Positions 18,971 through 28,936 of a stretch of 64,000 nt of DNA are shown in pieces; the stretch's first letter is position 1; each line of letters starts with the position of its first letter. The DNA is from an uncultured Erythrobacter sp. Its GTDB lineage: Bacteria > Pseudomonadota > Alphaproteobacteria > Sphingomonadales > Sphingomonadaceae. A program made the position numbers and the translations under genes. The notes under the pieces are model-generated. The model saw only the letters and a program-made list of their open reading frames with translations. It made no database searches and had not been told where the DNA came from. The stretch is taken from contig CAZEWN010000013.1 of NCBI GenBank assembly GCA_964516135.1, positions 1,251 to 65,250 of the forward strand, read 5' to 3'.

Positions 18971-19435
18971 ATGGCGACCAGCCATCCGGAGCACGAGCAC
19001 GACATGCCAAAATCCACGACGGCCCGATCTGAAGGGCGCGCGATCGGGCAGGTTCTGGTGGTCGAAGACGATGCCCTGCTCGCGCTCGACATCGAACAGG
19101 CACTGCTTGATGCCGGGGCCGCCGGTGTACGATTGTGCCCATCCACAAGCGAGGCGTTGATCCTGCTGCGTGAAAATCGCTTCGATGCGATTGTCCTGGA
19201 CGTCCACCTAGCCGACCGCAGTGATGGCTGGGCCATTGCCGAGCTAGTCGACAGCATCGGACCGCGCCCACCGCGTATCGTCTTTTCGACCGGTGCGCCG
19301 CAGGATATCCCCTCCGAGATTGCCGAACTCGGGACTGTGCTGGCCAAACCTTATCATCCCCGTGATCTGATCCGCGCGGTCGCGGCGCCCGCGCGTAAGG
19401 GACTGATGTCAAGGTTGCGCGCGCTTCGCGCCTGA
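18971..19435 (+). CDS. Single-domain response regulator (SdrG / FAT-GUY-like receiver)
   Basis: Receiver motifs VLVVEDDALLA...DAIVLDVHLAD...VFSTGAP...LAKPY. The start is either ATG 18971 or ATG 19004. Confidence 0.85.
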   Translation: MATSHPEHEHDMPKSTTARSEGRAIGQVLVVEDDALLALDIEQALLDAGAAGVRLCPSTSEALILLRENRFDAIVLDVHLADRSDGWAIAELVDSIGPRPPRIVFSTGAPQDIPSEIAELGTVLAKPYHPRDLIRAVAAPARKGLMSRLRALRA

Positions 19436-19467
19436 ATGACACGGACGCATCGACGACAACAGATTGG

Positions 19468-19562
19468 GAAAAGAAAGAAGGCCTCTGCTCGCAAGGAGCA
19501 GAGGCCTTTCGGGATCGTATCACCAGCCGCTTGGACGGGAGGGGGGGTCTCGGCGGTGACAA
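19468..19562 (-). ncRNA. Candidate GsrN-like general-stress sRNA (~95 nt)
   Basis: On the minus strand there is an EcfG-like promoter at 19593-19569. An 8-bp stem (caccgccg/cggc-u-ggug) then presents a 21-nt loop containing ACCCCCCCUCCC. Last comes a 13-bp terminator hairpin followed by CUUUCUUUUCC. No minus-strand protein gene lies upstream of this terminator. Confidence 0.5.
19478..19508 (-). terminator. Intrinsic terminator oriented for the minus strand
   Basis: A 13-bp perfect stem, aaggcctctgctc / gagcagaggcctt, with a 5-nt loop. The U-tract (cuuucuuuucc) is present only on the minus-strand transcript. Confidence 0.65.
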
Positions 19563-19568
19563 TTGGAT

Positions 19569-19593
19569 AATGCGCGGCCTGAAGGCCGGTTCC
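19569..19593 (-). promoter_or_regulatory. EcfG-like promoter GGAAC-N16-CATT (minus strand)
   Basis: Plus-strand gttcc at 19589-19593 and aatg at 19569-19572. There is one mismatch to CGTT in the -10. Confidence 0.4.
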
Positions 19594-19757
19594 CGTCCAT
19601 GCAATTTTTTTTCGCAATGGCTGAAAATTTTGACAAGGGCCGTCTTTCCAACGGGTTGGGCTCTCGCAACGCAGTGAGGGTTTTGCCCGCAGGCGGCCCA
19701 GATTTGTGCGCTTTAATTATCTCGTGCGCATTTGGCCGGCGAGCAGGTGCCATGTGT

Positions 19758-19782
19758 GGAACTTTGCGGGCAGGCGGGCGTT
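19758..19782 (+). promoter_or_regulatory. Consensus sigma-EcfG promoter upstream of phyR
   Basis: GGAAC (19758-19762), 16 nt, then CGTT (19779-19782). It lies 53 nt upstream of the phyR ATG. Confidence 0.75.
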
Positions 19783-19834
19783 TGTTCCGTCGCACGCCGC
19801 CACGGGGCGGCGCGCTGATCAGGGAAGGGAATTC

Positions 19835-20629
19835 ATGTCGCTTGGTGAACAGGTCGCCGCCAACCTGCCGTTTCTGCGCCGTTATGCGCGCGCACTGACA
19901 GGCTCGCAGGCAACCGGTGACGCATTTGTGCGTCAAACTCTCGAGGCCGCTCTGGCCGATGATAGCGTTGCCGCCAGTCTCGAAGGCGGCCGAGTGCCGC
20001 TCTATCGTGCTTTCAACAAGGTTTGGTCGAGCGCTTACCTCGAAGTTGCCGACAACGACGCCGGCGGCAGCCTGCACGAACAGGCCGCGCACGATCGGTT
20101 GCGTTCGATCACCCCGCTCAATCGGCAGGCGCTCTTGCTGACGACGCTGGAGGATTTCAGCTTGTCGCAGACCGCCAATATCATGGATCTCGACGAAGGT
20201 TCGGTGCAGAAACTGGTGGAAGAGGCCGTGTCGGAAATCGACCGGGAATCCACCACCAGCGTCCTGATCATCGAGGACGAGCCGCTGATCTCCATGCAGC
20301 TTGAGGATCTCGTCACGTCGCTGGGGCACGAGGTGTGCGGCACCGCTGCCACACGTACCCAGGCGCTTGAAGTCGTGGCGCAGCAGACCCCCGGATTGGT
20401 ACTGGCCGATATCCAGCTTGCCGATGGCTCGTCGGGTCTCGACGCTGTTGATGACATCCTTGCGATCGACAGCGTTCCCGTGATCTTCATCACAGCCTAT
20501 CCCGAACGCCTGCTCACCGGCGACCGGCCGGAACCGACATATTTGGTCACGAAGCCGTTCAAGGAATCCACCGTTCGCACGGCGATCAGCCAGGCGTTGT
20601 TCTTCGGATCGAGCCGTCCACTCGGCTGA
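19835..20629 (+). CDS. phyR: Anti-anti-sigma response regulator PhyR
   Basis: An N-terminal ECF-sigma-like domain (LPFLRRYARALTGS...LNRQALLLTTLEDFSLSQTANIM) is fused to a C-terminal receiver (VLIIEDEPLI...LADIQLADG...IFITAYPE...TKPF). The RBS is agggaaggga. Confidence 0.9.
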   Translation: MSLGEQVAANLPFLRRYARALTGSQATGDAFVRQTLEAALADDSVAASLEGGRVPLYRAFNKVWSSAYLEVADNDAGGSLHEQAAHDRLRSITPLNRQALLLTTLEDFSLSQTANIMDLDEGSVQKLVEEAVSEIDRESTTSVLIIEDEPLISMQLEDLVTSLGHEVCGTAATRTQALEVVAQQTPGLVLADIQLADGSSGLDAVDDILAIDSVPVIFITAYPERLLTGDRPEPTYLVTKPFKESTVRTAISQALFFGSSRPLG

Positions 20630-20652
20630 GTATTCAAACGATGATCCATCGG

Positions 20653-20689
20653 CCCGCCGCTGCCAGCCTGGCAGCGGCGGGTCTTTTTA
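20653..20689 (+). terminator. Intrinsic terminator after phyR
   Basis: A perfect 12-bp stem, cccgccgctgcc / ggcagcggcggg, with a 5-nt loop, then tcTTTTTa. It overlaps the last codons of the convergent kinase gene. Confidence 0.65.
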
Positions 20690-22369
20690 TTCGGGGTTGC
20701 GGTAGCGGGCGCGGATCGCGAAATCGCTCTGCCGCCTGATCGGCACGGTCAGCACACAGCGCACACCGTCCGGCGCGAACTCGATTTCGACCGGGCGGCT
20801 GAATTCATGCGCCACTACCTTTTCGAGCAGGTCGGTTCCGAAACCGCGCTTGCGATCCGCTGGAACTGCGGGGCCACCGGTTTCCTGCCAGGTGATGCGG
20901 GCAGTATCGTTGCCGATCATTTCCCAAACCACCGATACGCTGCCGCCCGGCTGGCTGAGCGCCCCGAACTTGCTGGCATTGGTCGCGAGCTCGTGCAGCG
21001 CGAGGCCCAGCGAAAGCGCGTCGTTGGGCGCGAGTTCGGCGGGGGGGCCGGTCATTTCGACCGCGTGTTCGTCGCCGCCCAGATAGGGGCGCAGTTCGAT
21101 CTCAACGATATCGCGCAGCGCGGTCATTCCCCATTGTGAGTTCGTGAGCAGATCGTGCGTCGCGGACAGAGCGCGAACCCGACCTTCGAGCCCATTGGCG
21201 AAATCATCGACATTGTCAGACCGCCGCCGCGTCAACGAGATGATCGACAAGACATTGGCGAGTGAATTCTTCACCCGGTGATTCAACTCGCGGGTCAGCG
21301 AAGCGCGGATCGAGTTCTGCTCCTCAAGCCATTCGAGCGACGCCTGGTCTTCCTTGACCTGCTGGGTCAGCAATCGGACCACTACCATCAAAAGGCTGGC
21401 GACGAGCAAGCCAAACAAAAGGGTCGCCATCGACAGGTTAGACAGCGAGTTCGGGCGGCTCGCCTCCACCTCCAGGGTCATGGACCGATTGGCGATCAGC
21501 AGTTCTTGCGTGACCGTCAGCCCGCGGTCATCGGTTTCGGGGCGGATTTCGGCCAGGATGTGGTCCGGATCCGGTTCGCCGTCGTACAGCCGGATACCGT
21601 GCACCTTGCGGTCGTCCATCCGCAGCGCGGCGGCGACGAAATCGCCGGCATTGAACGGGCTGTAGATGAAGCCGCGCAACTGGCGACCGGGACCGAACCG
21701 ATCGAACACGGGCATGTAAATCACGAATCCCGGTGCGTGGCTGTCGGCCTCTTCCTGCGCCAGCACCACCTTGCCGCTGGCGGTCGGCCGCTCGTTCATG
21801 ACGGCGGCGTCCATCGCGGCACGGCGATGCGGTTCAGAATACATGTCATATCCCAGCGCCCTGCGATTACGCTGTGTGTCGGGGTGGAGGTAAGTGACGG
21901 GAACGACCAGGCGAGTCGTTGGCCCGGGCATTGGCGAGACGCGGAACTGGCCGGGGGTCTGGCTTGCCATCGACAATTCGAAGGCTGCGACGCGGCGCGG
22001 ATCGACCGCGCGGGCCCAGCCAATTCCCTCGGCCCCGCGATAATCCGAATCAAGCCGCAATTCCTGCACGAATTCGCGGAATTGCCGTTGGGGAATGGTT
22101 TCCTGAGTAGAAAAAAGCGCGGCACCGGCGCGAAGGTATGCCGACGCCGCATTCGCACGGCGTTCGATCGCGGATCCGATTGTCCGGGCTTTGTCGCGCA
22201 GGACCGCGTCTTTGTTCTGACGCTCGACCCGTTCGATCGCGAACACACTAAGCGTGGTTACCGCAGCGACGAGCAGGAACAGCGCCACCGGCATGGCGCG
22301 GGGATAGAGCACCAGCCATTGCCGGACACGATCACTCCCCCTTCGTCGCTTTCCAGCCGTTGATTGCAC
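20687..22369 (-). CDS. CHASE-domain sensor histidine kinase of the HWE/HisKA_2 type (PhyK-like)
   Basis: It has an N-terminal TM segment, a large periplasmic CHASE-like domain and a second TM segment. LTRELNHRVKNSLANVLSIISL (H-box of HisKA_2/HWE kinases) and an ATPase domain follow. The start may be GTG 22369 or ATG 22294. Confidence 0.85.
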   Translation of the reverse strand: MQSTAGKRRRGSDRVRQWLVLYPRAMPVALFLLVAAVTTLSVFAIERVERQNKDAVLRDKARTIGSAIERRANAASAYLRAGAALFSTQETIPQRQFREFVQELRLDSDYRGAEGIGWARAVDPRRVAAFELSMASQTPGQFRVSPMPGPTTRLVVPVTYLHPDTQRNRRALGYDMYSEPHRRAAMDAAVMNERPTASGKVVLAQEEADSHAPGFVIYMPVFDRFGPGRQLRGFIYSPFNAGDFVAAALRMDDRKVHGIRLYDGEPDPDHILAEIRPETDDRGLTVTQELLIANRSMTLEVEASRPNSLSNLSMATLLFGLLVASLLMVVVRLLTQQVKEDQASLEWLEEQNSIRASLTRELNHRVKNSLANVLSIISLTRRRSDNVDDFANGLEGRVRALSATHDLLTNSQWGMTALRDIVEIELRPYLGGDEHAVEMTGPPAELAPNDALSLGLALHELATNASKFGALSQPGGSVSVVWEMIGNDTARITWQETGGPAVPADRKRGFGTDLLEKVVAHEFSRPVEIEFAPDGVRCVLTVPIRRQSDFAIRARYRNPE

Positions 22370-22420
22370 CCGGTCCGTTCCAAACTAACTAAATGGCCGA
22401 AGTGTGCGACCCCATGGCAG

Positions 22421-22445
22421 GGAACCAAACAATCGCCGCTTCGTT
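22421..22445 (+). promoter_or_regulatory. Consensus sigma-EcfG promoter upstream of nepR-ecfG
   Basis: GGAAC (22421-22425), 16 nt, then CGTT (22442-22445). Confidence 0.75.
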
Positions 22446-22525
22446 CCCCGGTTCGGCACTTTCGTGCAAAGCATGTGCAACGTGCCGCTAACGGCATTAA
22501 TCCAGGGTGAGTTCGAATTACTGCG

Positions 22526-22702
22526 ATGGCAACGGCGAGGGAAAACGGGAAGTCCGCGGCGTCCGACAAGGCGGCAGCGGGCGCGAAGGCGGGCAAGCCG
22601 GATTGGGCGGACGGGCTCCGTCAACTCTACGATGCAGTGGTGGAGGAGCCGCTACCGGACAATTTCAAAGATTTGCTGGCGAAACTGGATCGCAAGAGCT
22701 GA
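22526..22702 (+). CDS. nepR: Anti-sigma factor NepR
   Basis: A 58-aa ORF absent from the supplied track (under 60 aa): MATARENGKSAASDKAAAGAKAGKPDWADGLRQLYDAVVEEPLPDNFKDLLAKLDRKS*. The LR.LYD.VV.EP.PD.F..LL..LD motif is the NepR signature. Its TGA overlaps the ecfG ATG (tgATG). Confidence 0.8.
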   Translation: MATARENGKSAASDKAAAGAKAGKPDWADGLRQLYDAVVEEPLPDNFKDLLAKLDRKS

Positions 22703-23310
22703 TGGCGACCCACGCCCGCACGGCTGCGGACAAGGCCGATTTCAAACGTGAGCTGACCGGGGTGGTGCCGCACCTGCGTGCTTTCGCGCGCGGTTTGTGT
22801 GGCCGACCCGACTTGGCCGACGACCTCGTGCAAGAGGCTCTGCTGAAGGCCTGGGCCGCGCAGGACCGGTTCGAACCAGGTACATCAATGCGCGCCTGGA
22901 CTTTCGTGATCCTTCGCAATGCCTATCTCACTGACATGCGCCGCAACAGGTTTCGCGGAGAATACGACGAAGGTGTTGCGGAACGCATCCTGACCGCACC
23001 CGCCGGGCAGGAGGAACCAATCCACCTCAGCGATATGCATCGGGCGTTGTTGACCCTTCCGCCCGAACGGCGCGAGGCGCTGTTGCTGGTGGGCGCGGGC
23101 GGGTTCAGCTACGAGGAAGCGGCGGAAATCTGCGGTTGTGCCGTGGGTACGATCAAGAGCCGCGTTGGGCGCGCGCGCGCCGCGCTTTCGACCATGCTGG
23201 AGGATGGCTCTATCCCCCAGCGTTCCACCGATGACCAGGCAGCGCACCGCGCGATCCTGGAGGAGCTGGATCAGGTTGCGGCCGGCAACGGCGTCGCTGC
23301 CAAGGTTTGA
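22702..23310 (+). CDS. ecfG: ECF sigma factor EcfG (general stress response)
   Basis: Region 2 reads DLVQEALLKAWAAQDRFEPGTSMRAWTFVILRNAYLTDMRR and region 4 reads EALLLVGAGGFSYEEAAEICGCAVGTIKSRVGRAR. It is translationally coupled to nepR. Confidence 0.9.
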   Translation: MATHARTAADKADFKRELTGVVPHLRAFARGLCGRPDLADDLVQEALLKAWAAQDRFEPGTSMRAWTFVILRNAYLTDMRRNRFRGEYDEGVAERILTAPAGQEEPIHLSDMHRALLTLPPERREALLLVGAGGFSYEEAAEICGCAVGTIKSRVGRARAALSTMLEDGSIPQRSTDDQAAHRAILEELDQVAAGNGVAAKV

Positions 23311-23369
23311 GCGGAAATTAGCGCCGTTTCGCTTGCCCCGGCGCCGCGCCGGCGTAACAAGGCGGCGTA

Positions 23370-24536
23370 ATGGAGGAACTCCCCGTACAACCGCCCCGCG
23401 CAAACCGCCGCATGGCGTTTGCCGCGCAGGAGCTGCGCCTGATCTCGGCGCTCGTGCTGTTGCTCGGGCTTGGCCTGTTCCTGGCGCTGCCGTTTGTGCT
23501 GTCGATCGGGTCGGTCGTGTTTCTTCCGGTGGTAACGGCAGTGGTGCTGACGATCATCCTGTCCCCCCTGGCCGACCGGTTATCGGGCTGGGGGTTGCCT
23601 AATGTCATCGCCTCCCTGATTGCGCTTGCGGCGTTCCTCGGCATCGTGCTGGTTGCACTCGCCACGATCCTGCAACCGGCGATCGCGCTGTTCGACAGCT
23701 TGCCCGAAATGACCCAGCGGGTCGCCCAGCGTTTCGCTGAATTGCGAAGCCAGTTCGCCTGGCTCGCCGCGGCGAACGAGCGGCTCGCGGAGGTTATGGG
23801 CGGCAGCGATGGCAACCGCGTGGTACTGGCAAGCCCGTCGATGCTGGAACAGGTTGCGTTCGCGACGCCCAGCGTGGTGCTGGAGGTCCTGCTGACTTTC
23901 CTGATGACGTTCTTCATGATCGAAGCGCGGGTGCGGCTGCGGCGGCATCTGCTGTTCGATCGCGCTTCGTTCGGGACCAGCATTAAGGCAGCACGCGTGC
24001 TGCGCGAGATACAGGACCGGGTCGCGGCCTATATTCTTACCGTTACCTGGATCAATGTGGGGGTCGGGCTGATAGTGGCGCTGGGTGCCTGGGCGCTGGG
24101 CGTCGAGGCGCCAATCATGTGGGGCGGGTTGGCTGCGCTGCTCAATTTCATCCCCTACATCGGCCCGCTGGCGATGACCGTGTTGCTGGCACTGTTCGGA
24201 ATCGGCACCGCCGATACCGTGCTTCTCGGGATCATCCCGGCGCTCGCCTATCTCGGTCTGCATACGATCGAATCAAACGTCGTAACCCCATCAATACTGG
24301 GCGCACGTTTCACGATGAACCCCGTGATGATCCTGATCGCGTTCAGTTACTTCACCTGGATCTGGGGGGTCTTCGGGGCACTTCTGTCCGTGCCGATCCT
24401 GCTGATGCTGACGGCATTTTTCGATCACGTGGGCCGACCCAACCTGATCGGTTTCGTGTTTGGCGAACCGCTGTTTGGCGAGAACCTGCTCGCACGCGGG
24501 AGCGAGCATGACATACAGGACCCCCAGCACGGCTGA
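23370..24536 (+). CDS. AI-2E family transporter (PerM/YhhT-like permease)
   Basis: 388 aa and multi-TM. ...ALLNFIPYIGP... and ...HTIESNVVTPSILG... are conserved AI-2E motifs. Confidence 0.85.
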   Translation: MEELPVQPPRANRRMAFAAQELRLISALVLLLGLGLFLALPFVLSIGSVVFLPVVTAVVLTIILSPLADRLSGWGLPNVIASLIALAAFLGIVLVALATILQPAIALFDSLPEMTQRVAQRFAELRSQFAWLAAANERLAEVMGGSDGNRVVLASPSMLEQVAFATPSVVLEVLLTFLMTFFMIEARVRLRRHLLFDRASFGTSIKAARVLREIQDRVAAYILTVTWINVGVGLIVALGAWALGVEAPIMWGGLAALLNFIPYIGPLAMTVLLALFGIGTADTVLLGIIPALAYLGLHTIESNVVTPSILGARFTMNPVMILIAFSYFTWIWGVFGALLSVPILLMLTAFFDHVGRPNLIGFVFGEPLFGENLLARGSEHDIQDPQHG

Positions 24537-24590
24537 GATTGCAGGGCCCGCCCCGTTTCGGGGACGGGCACTGCACGATCAGCGGGCGGT

Positions 24591-25202
24591 TCAGCCGGGG
24601 TATTGCCAGGTCGTACCCCTCGCGAGATTCTCGGAAGCGAAGCTCCAGTTGAGTTTCCCGCCGATCACCGCGTCTAGATAAGCCGGGCGCTTGTTCTGGT
24701 GATCGAGGTAATAGGCGTGTTCCCAGACGTCGATCGTCAGCAGCGGGTTGAAATGCTGGTCGGCAAGGGTGTCGCCATCATGAGTTTCCTCGATCGAGAG
24801 CTTGCCCCCCTTTTCGGCCAGCCACACCCAACCGCTGGCAAAGTGGCCCGCGCCGCGCTCGGCAAGCTGCTTGTTCAGCGCATCGAGTGAACCAAACGCG
24901 TCGTCGATCATCGATGCGAGTTCATCCGACGGCGAACCCCCATCGGCCGCCAGCGAGTGCCAGTAGAACCCGTGGTTCCAGCTCTGCGCCGAATTGTTGA
25001 ACAGACCCTGGTTCTTGCCGCGCGCCGCCGCGATCACCTCTTCTAGCGACTTGTCGGCATGTTCCGTGCCCTCGATCGCGGCATTGGTCTTGTCGATGTA
25101 GGTCTGGTGATGCTTGCCGTGATGGAACGACAGCGTCTCGGCTGAAATGGCGGGTTCGAGCGCGGTGTCGGCATAAGGCAGATCGATCAATTTGAAGGCC
25201 AT
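24591..25202 (-). CDS. sodB: Fe/Mn superoxide dismutase
   Basis: MAFKLIDLPYADTALEPAISAETLSFHHGKHH...DVWEHAYYLD is canonical. Confidence 0.95.
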   Translation of the reverse strand: MAFKLIDLPYADTALEPAISAETLSFHHGKHHQTYIDKTNAAIEGTEHADKSLEEVIAAARGKNQGLFNNSAQSWNHGFYWHSLAADGGSPSDELASMIDDAFGSLDALNKQLAERGAGHFASGWVWLAEKGGKLSIEETHDGDTLADQHFNPLLTIDVWEHAYYLDHQNKRPAYLDAVIGGKLNWSFASENLARGTTWQYPG

Positions 25203-26548
25203 TGGTTTTCCCCTGGGCTTGCGGTTGCAGGATTGGTGTCTCGTGATGCCAACGCATCGGCGGGCGATGGGTTGCCCGCCATGTGGGTATCGTCGCGCGT
25301 TCTGTCGACCGCTGTCGTGACCGCCACGTCCATGGTCACATTGCCGAGGGTGCGCATTATGTCGGGCAGCATCTCGACCGCGACGAGCAGCGCGAGCGGT
25401 TCGACCGGCACGCCCATTGCGATCGCGATCGGGCCGATCGAGATGACGAAGCTGATCGAGCCGGGCAGGCTGACCGACCCGACGCTGATGACGAACGCGA
25501 CCGCGATTCCCGCGAGCAGGATCATCGGGCTCAGTTCGACGCCCGCGAGTGTGGCGACATAGATTGCGACCGCCATGTTCATCGCCGGGCTGGTCGCGCG
25601 GAAGATCGCGACCGACAGCGGCAGGGCGAAATCGGCGGTGCTCTCACGCACGCCCAGTCGCCGCGCGGTTGCGAGCATCGCGGGCAGGCTGGCGAGCGAG
25701 CTCTGGGTCGAGAGTGCCACCGCTTGTGCAGGGATCATCGCGCGGGCGAAGGCCAGCGGGTTCATCCGGCCCAGCACGATCGCCAGCACATAGCCCGCCA
25801 GCATGATCACCGTGCCCATCGCGGTGACCGTCAGGATGTAGTGGACGAGCGTGGCAAAAGCCCCGCCGCCCGCCTTGGCCGCGACGCCGACCGCCAGCGC
25901 GAACACGCCGACCGGCGCGAGCCACAGGACCCAGCCGATGATCGTCAGCATGGCATTCGCCATCGCGCGAAAAAACCCCAGCAGCGTGGCGCGCTGCCCC
26001 TCCGGCAGACGCGCCACGGCCACCGCGAACACCGCGAAGAAAATCGTCAGCGGCAGCATTGCTGTTTCGGCCGCCGCCGCAACTACGTTGGGCGCGACGA
26101 GCGAAGTGACGAAATCGGCGATACCGGGCACTTGCTGTGGTGTGATCGTCTCGGTCTCCAGCAGGCTCGCGGCTGCGGCCGGGATGGGAAAGGTATCGAG
26201 CAGCAGTGGCATCAGCACCGCGGTCGATGTGCCGCTGAACACCAGCACCGCGAACACCAGCATCAGCATGCGCCGCGCCACCCGGCCCGCGCGCGCCGCG
26301 CGGACCATCTGCGCGATGCCGACCACCAGCAGCGCCGCGACCAGCGGAATGATCGTCATCTGCAGCGCGCGCAGCCACAGCGCGCCAGTCGGCTCCGTGA
26401 TGGCCAGCAGGGCCGTAATCACGCTGCTTTCCGCTAGCACCCACCCAAGCAGCAGCCCGGCGACGAGCCCGCCGAATGTCCACCACACCGGCAGGCGGAT
26501 GGCTATCAGTTCGCCGCCGCTTTCGGTTGTCTCGCGCGCCATTCGCAC
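25187..26548 (-). CDS. Dicarboxylate/amino acid:cation symporter (DAACS family)
   Basis: 453 aa and multi-TM, with ...ALSTQSSLASLPAM... and ...MLPDIMRTLGNVTMD... motifs. Its 3' end overlaps the sodB start by 16 nt. Confidence 0.9.
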   Translation of the reverse strand: MRMARETTESGGELIAIRLPVWWTFGGLVAGLLLGWVLAESSVITALLAITEPTGALWLRALQMTIIPLVAALLVVGIAQMVRAARAGRVARRMLMLVFAVLVFSGTSTAVLMPLLLDTFPIPAAAASLLETETITPQQVPGIADFVTSLVAPNVVAAAAETAMLPLTIFFAVFAVAVARLPEGQRATLLGFFRAMANAMLTIIGWVLWLAPVGVFALAVGVAAKAGGGAFATLVHYILTVTAMGTVIMLAGYVLAIVLGRMNPLAFARAMIPAQAVALSTQSSLASLPAMLATARRLGVRESTADFALPLSVAIFRATSPAMNMAVAIYVATLAGVELSPMILLAGIAVAFVISVGSVSLPGSISFVISIGPIAIAMGVPVEPLALLVAVEMLPDIMRTLGNVTMDVAVTTAVDRTRDDTHMAGNPSPADALASRDTNPATASPGENQWPSN

Positions 26549-26622
26549 TCCGTCACTCTTCCCTTCGGCGCCTAACCGCGCCAGAAGCGCGTGGCAAACC
26601 GCAATCGGGATAGAAAGAACGC

Positions 26623-27962
<1,340 letters not shown>

Positions 27963-27963
<1 letters not shown>

Positions 27964-28187
27964 TGCTCGAGATGCGGCCTGACTGCGAACGCTGCGGCGC
28001 AGACTTGCCCGCCGAGGCGCCAGGCGCGTTCATCTGCAGCTTCGAATGCACGTTCTGCGCCGAATGCGCCGACGCGCTCGACGATCGCTGCCCAAATTGC
28101 GGCGGCGAAATGATGGACCGGCCAACCCGAGCAAGGAAGCTGCACGACACATACCCGCCGAGTACGGCGCGGAAATACCAGTCGTGA
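27963..28187 (+). CDS. DUF1272 Cys-rich zinc-ribbon protein
   Basis: 74 aa. RPDCERCGADLP...CSFECTFCAECA...CPNCGGE. The start overlaps the glmM stop, and the stop overlaps the thiD GTG. Confidence 0.75.
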
Positions 28188-28936
28188 GTGCGCCACCGCG
28201 CATCCTCGCCATCGCCGGATCCGACAGTTCTGGCGGTGCGGGCATCCAAGCAGACATCAAGACGATCACGATGCTGGGCGGCTATGCCATGACCGCGATT
28301 ACCGCCGTCACGGCGCAGAACACGCTTGGCGTGCAGGCGGTCGAGGTGCTGTCGCCGGAACTTGTCGCGGCGCAGATCGATTCGTGCCTTGCCGACATCG
28401 GCGCCGACGTGGTGAAGATCGGCATGCTCGGCTCGCCCGGGATCGCCCACGTGGTCGCGGACCGGCTGGCGTCGTTCGCAGGGCCGGTCGTGTTCGATCC
28501 GGTCATGGTCGCCACCAGCGGCAGCGTGCTGGCGGACGAGCAGACCGTTGCCGCCTTCGCCCGCCTGATGCGGCGCGCCACGCTCACCACGCCGAACCTG
28601 CCCGAGCTGGCGGCGCTCGGCGGGCTGGATGTGGTGCGCGACGCGACACACGCGGTGCTGGTCAAAGGTGGGCACGGGGAAGGGCCGGAGATCGAGGACG
28701 TGCTCCATGCACCGAGCGGCACAATAACCTTCCTCACGCCACGGATCGAGACGCGCCACACGCACGGCACCGGCTGCACGCTGTCCAGCGCGGTTGCCGC
28801 CGGCCTTGGGGCCGGGATGCCGCTCGAACAGGCGACCGAACGCGGCATCCGCTTCGTCGAGGCGGCGTTAAAAGCCGCGCCCGGTCTTGGCGCCAGGCAT
28901 GGGCCATTAGGACATCAAGCGGTTCGACGGATCTAG
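28184..28936 (+). CDS. thiD: Hydroxymethylpyrimidine/phosphomethylpyrimidine kinase
   Basis: ILAIAGSDSSGGAGIQADIKT...VKIGML...DPVMVATSG...THGTGCTLSSA. GTG start at 28184. Confidence 0.9.
   Translation: MSAPPRILAIAGSDSSGGAGIQADIKTITMLGGYAMTAITAVTAQNTLGVQAVEVLSPELVAAQIDSCLADIGADVVKIGMLGSPGIAHVVADRLASFAGPVVFDPVMVATSGSVLADEQTVAAFARLMRRATLTTPNLPELAALGGLDVVRDATHAVLVKGGHGEGPEIEDVLHAPSGTITFLTPRIETRHTHGTGCTLSSAVAAGLGAGMPLEQATERGIRFVEAALKAAPGLGARHGPLGHQAVRRI

Noticed and set aside
22357-22381. Minus-strand GGAAC (plus gttcc 22377-22381) as an EcfG promoter for the kinase gene.
   Set aside because: The -10 position reads ACGG/CGGC rather than CGTT. The element also lies at or inside the kinase's longest ORF.
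24546-24569. Imperfect GC hairpin between the convergent AI-2E transporter gene and sodB.
   Set aside because: The stem is bulged and neither strand has a U-tract, so it is not annotated.
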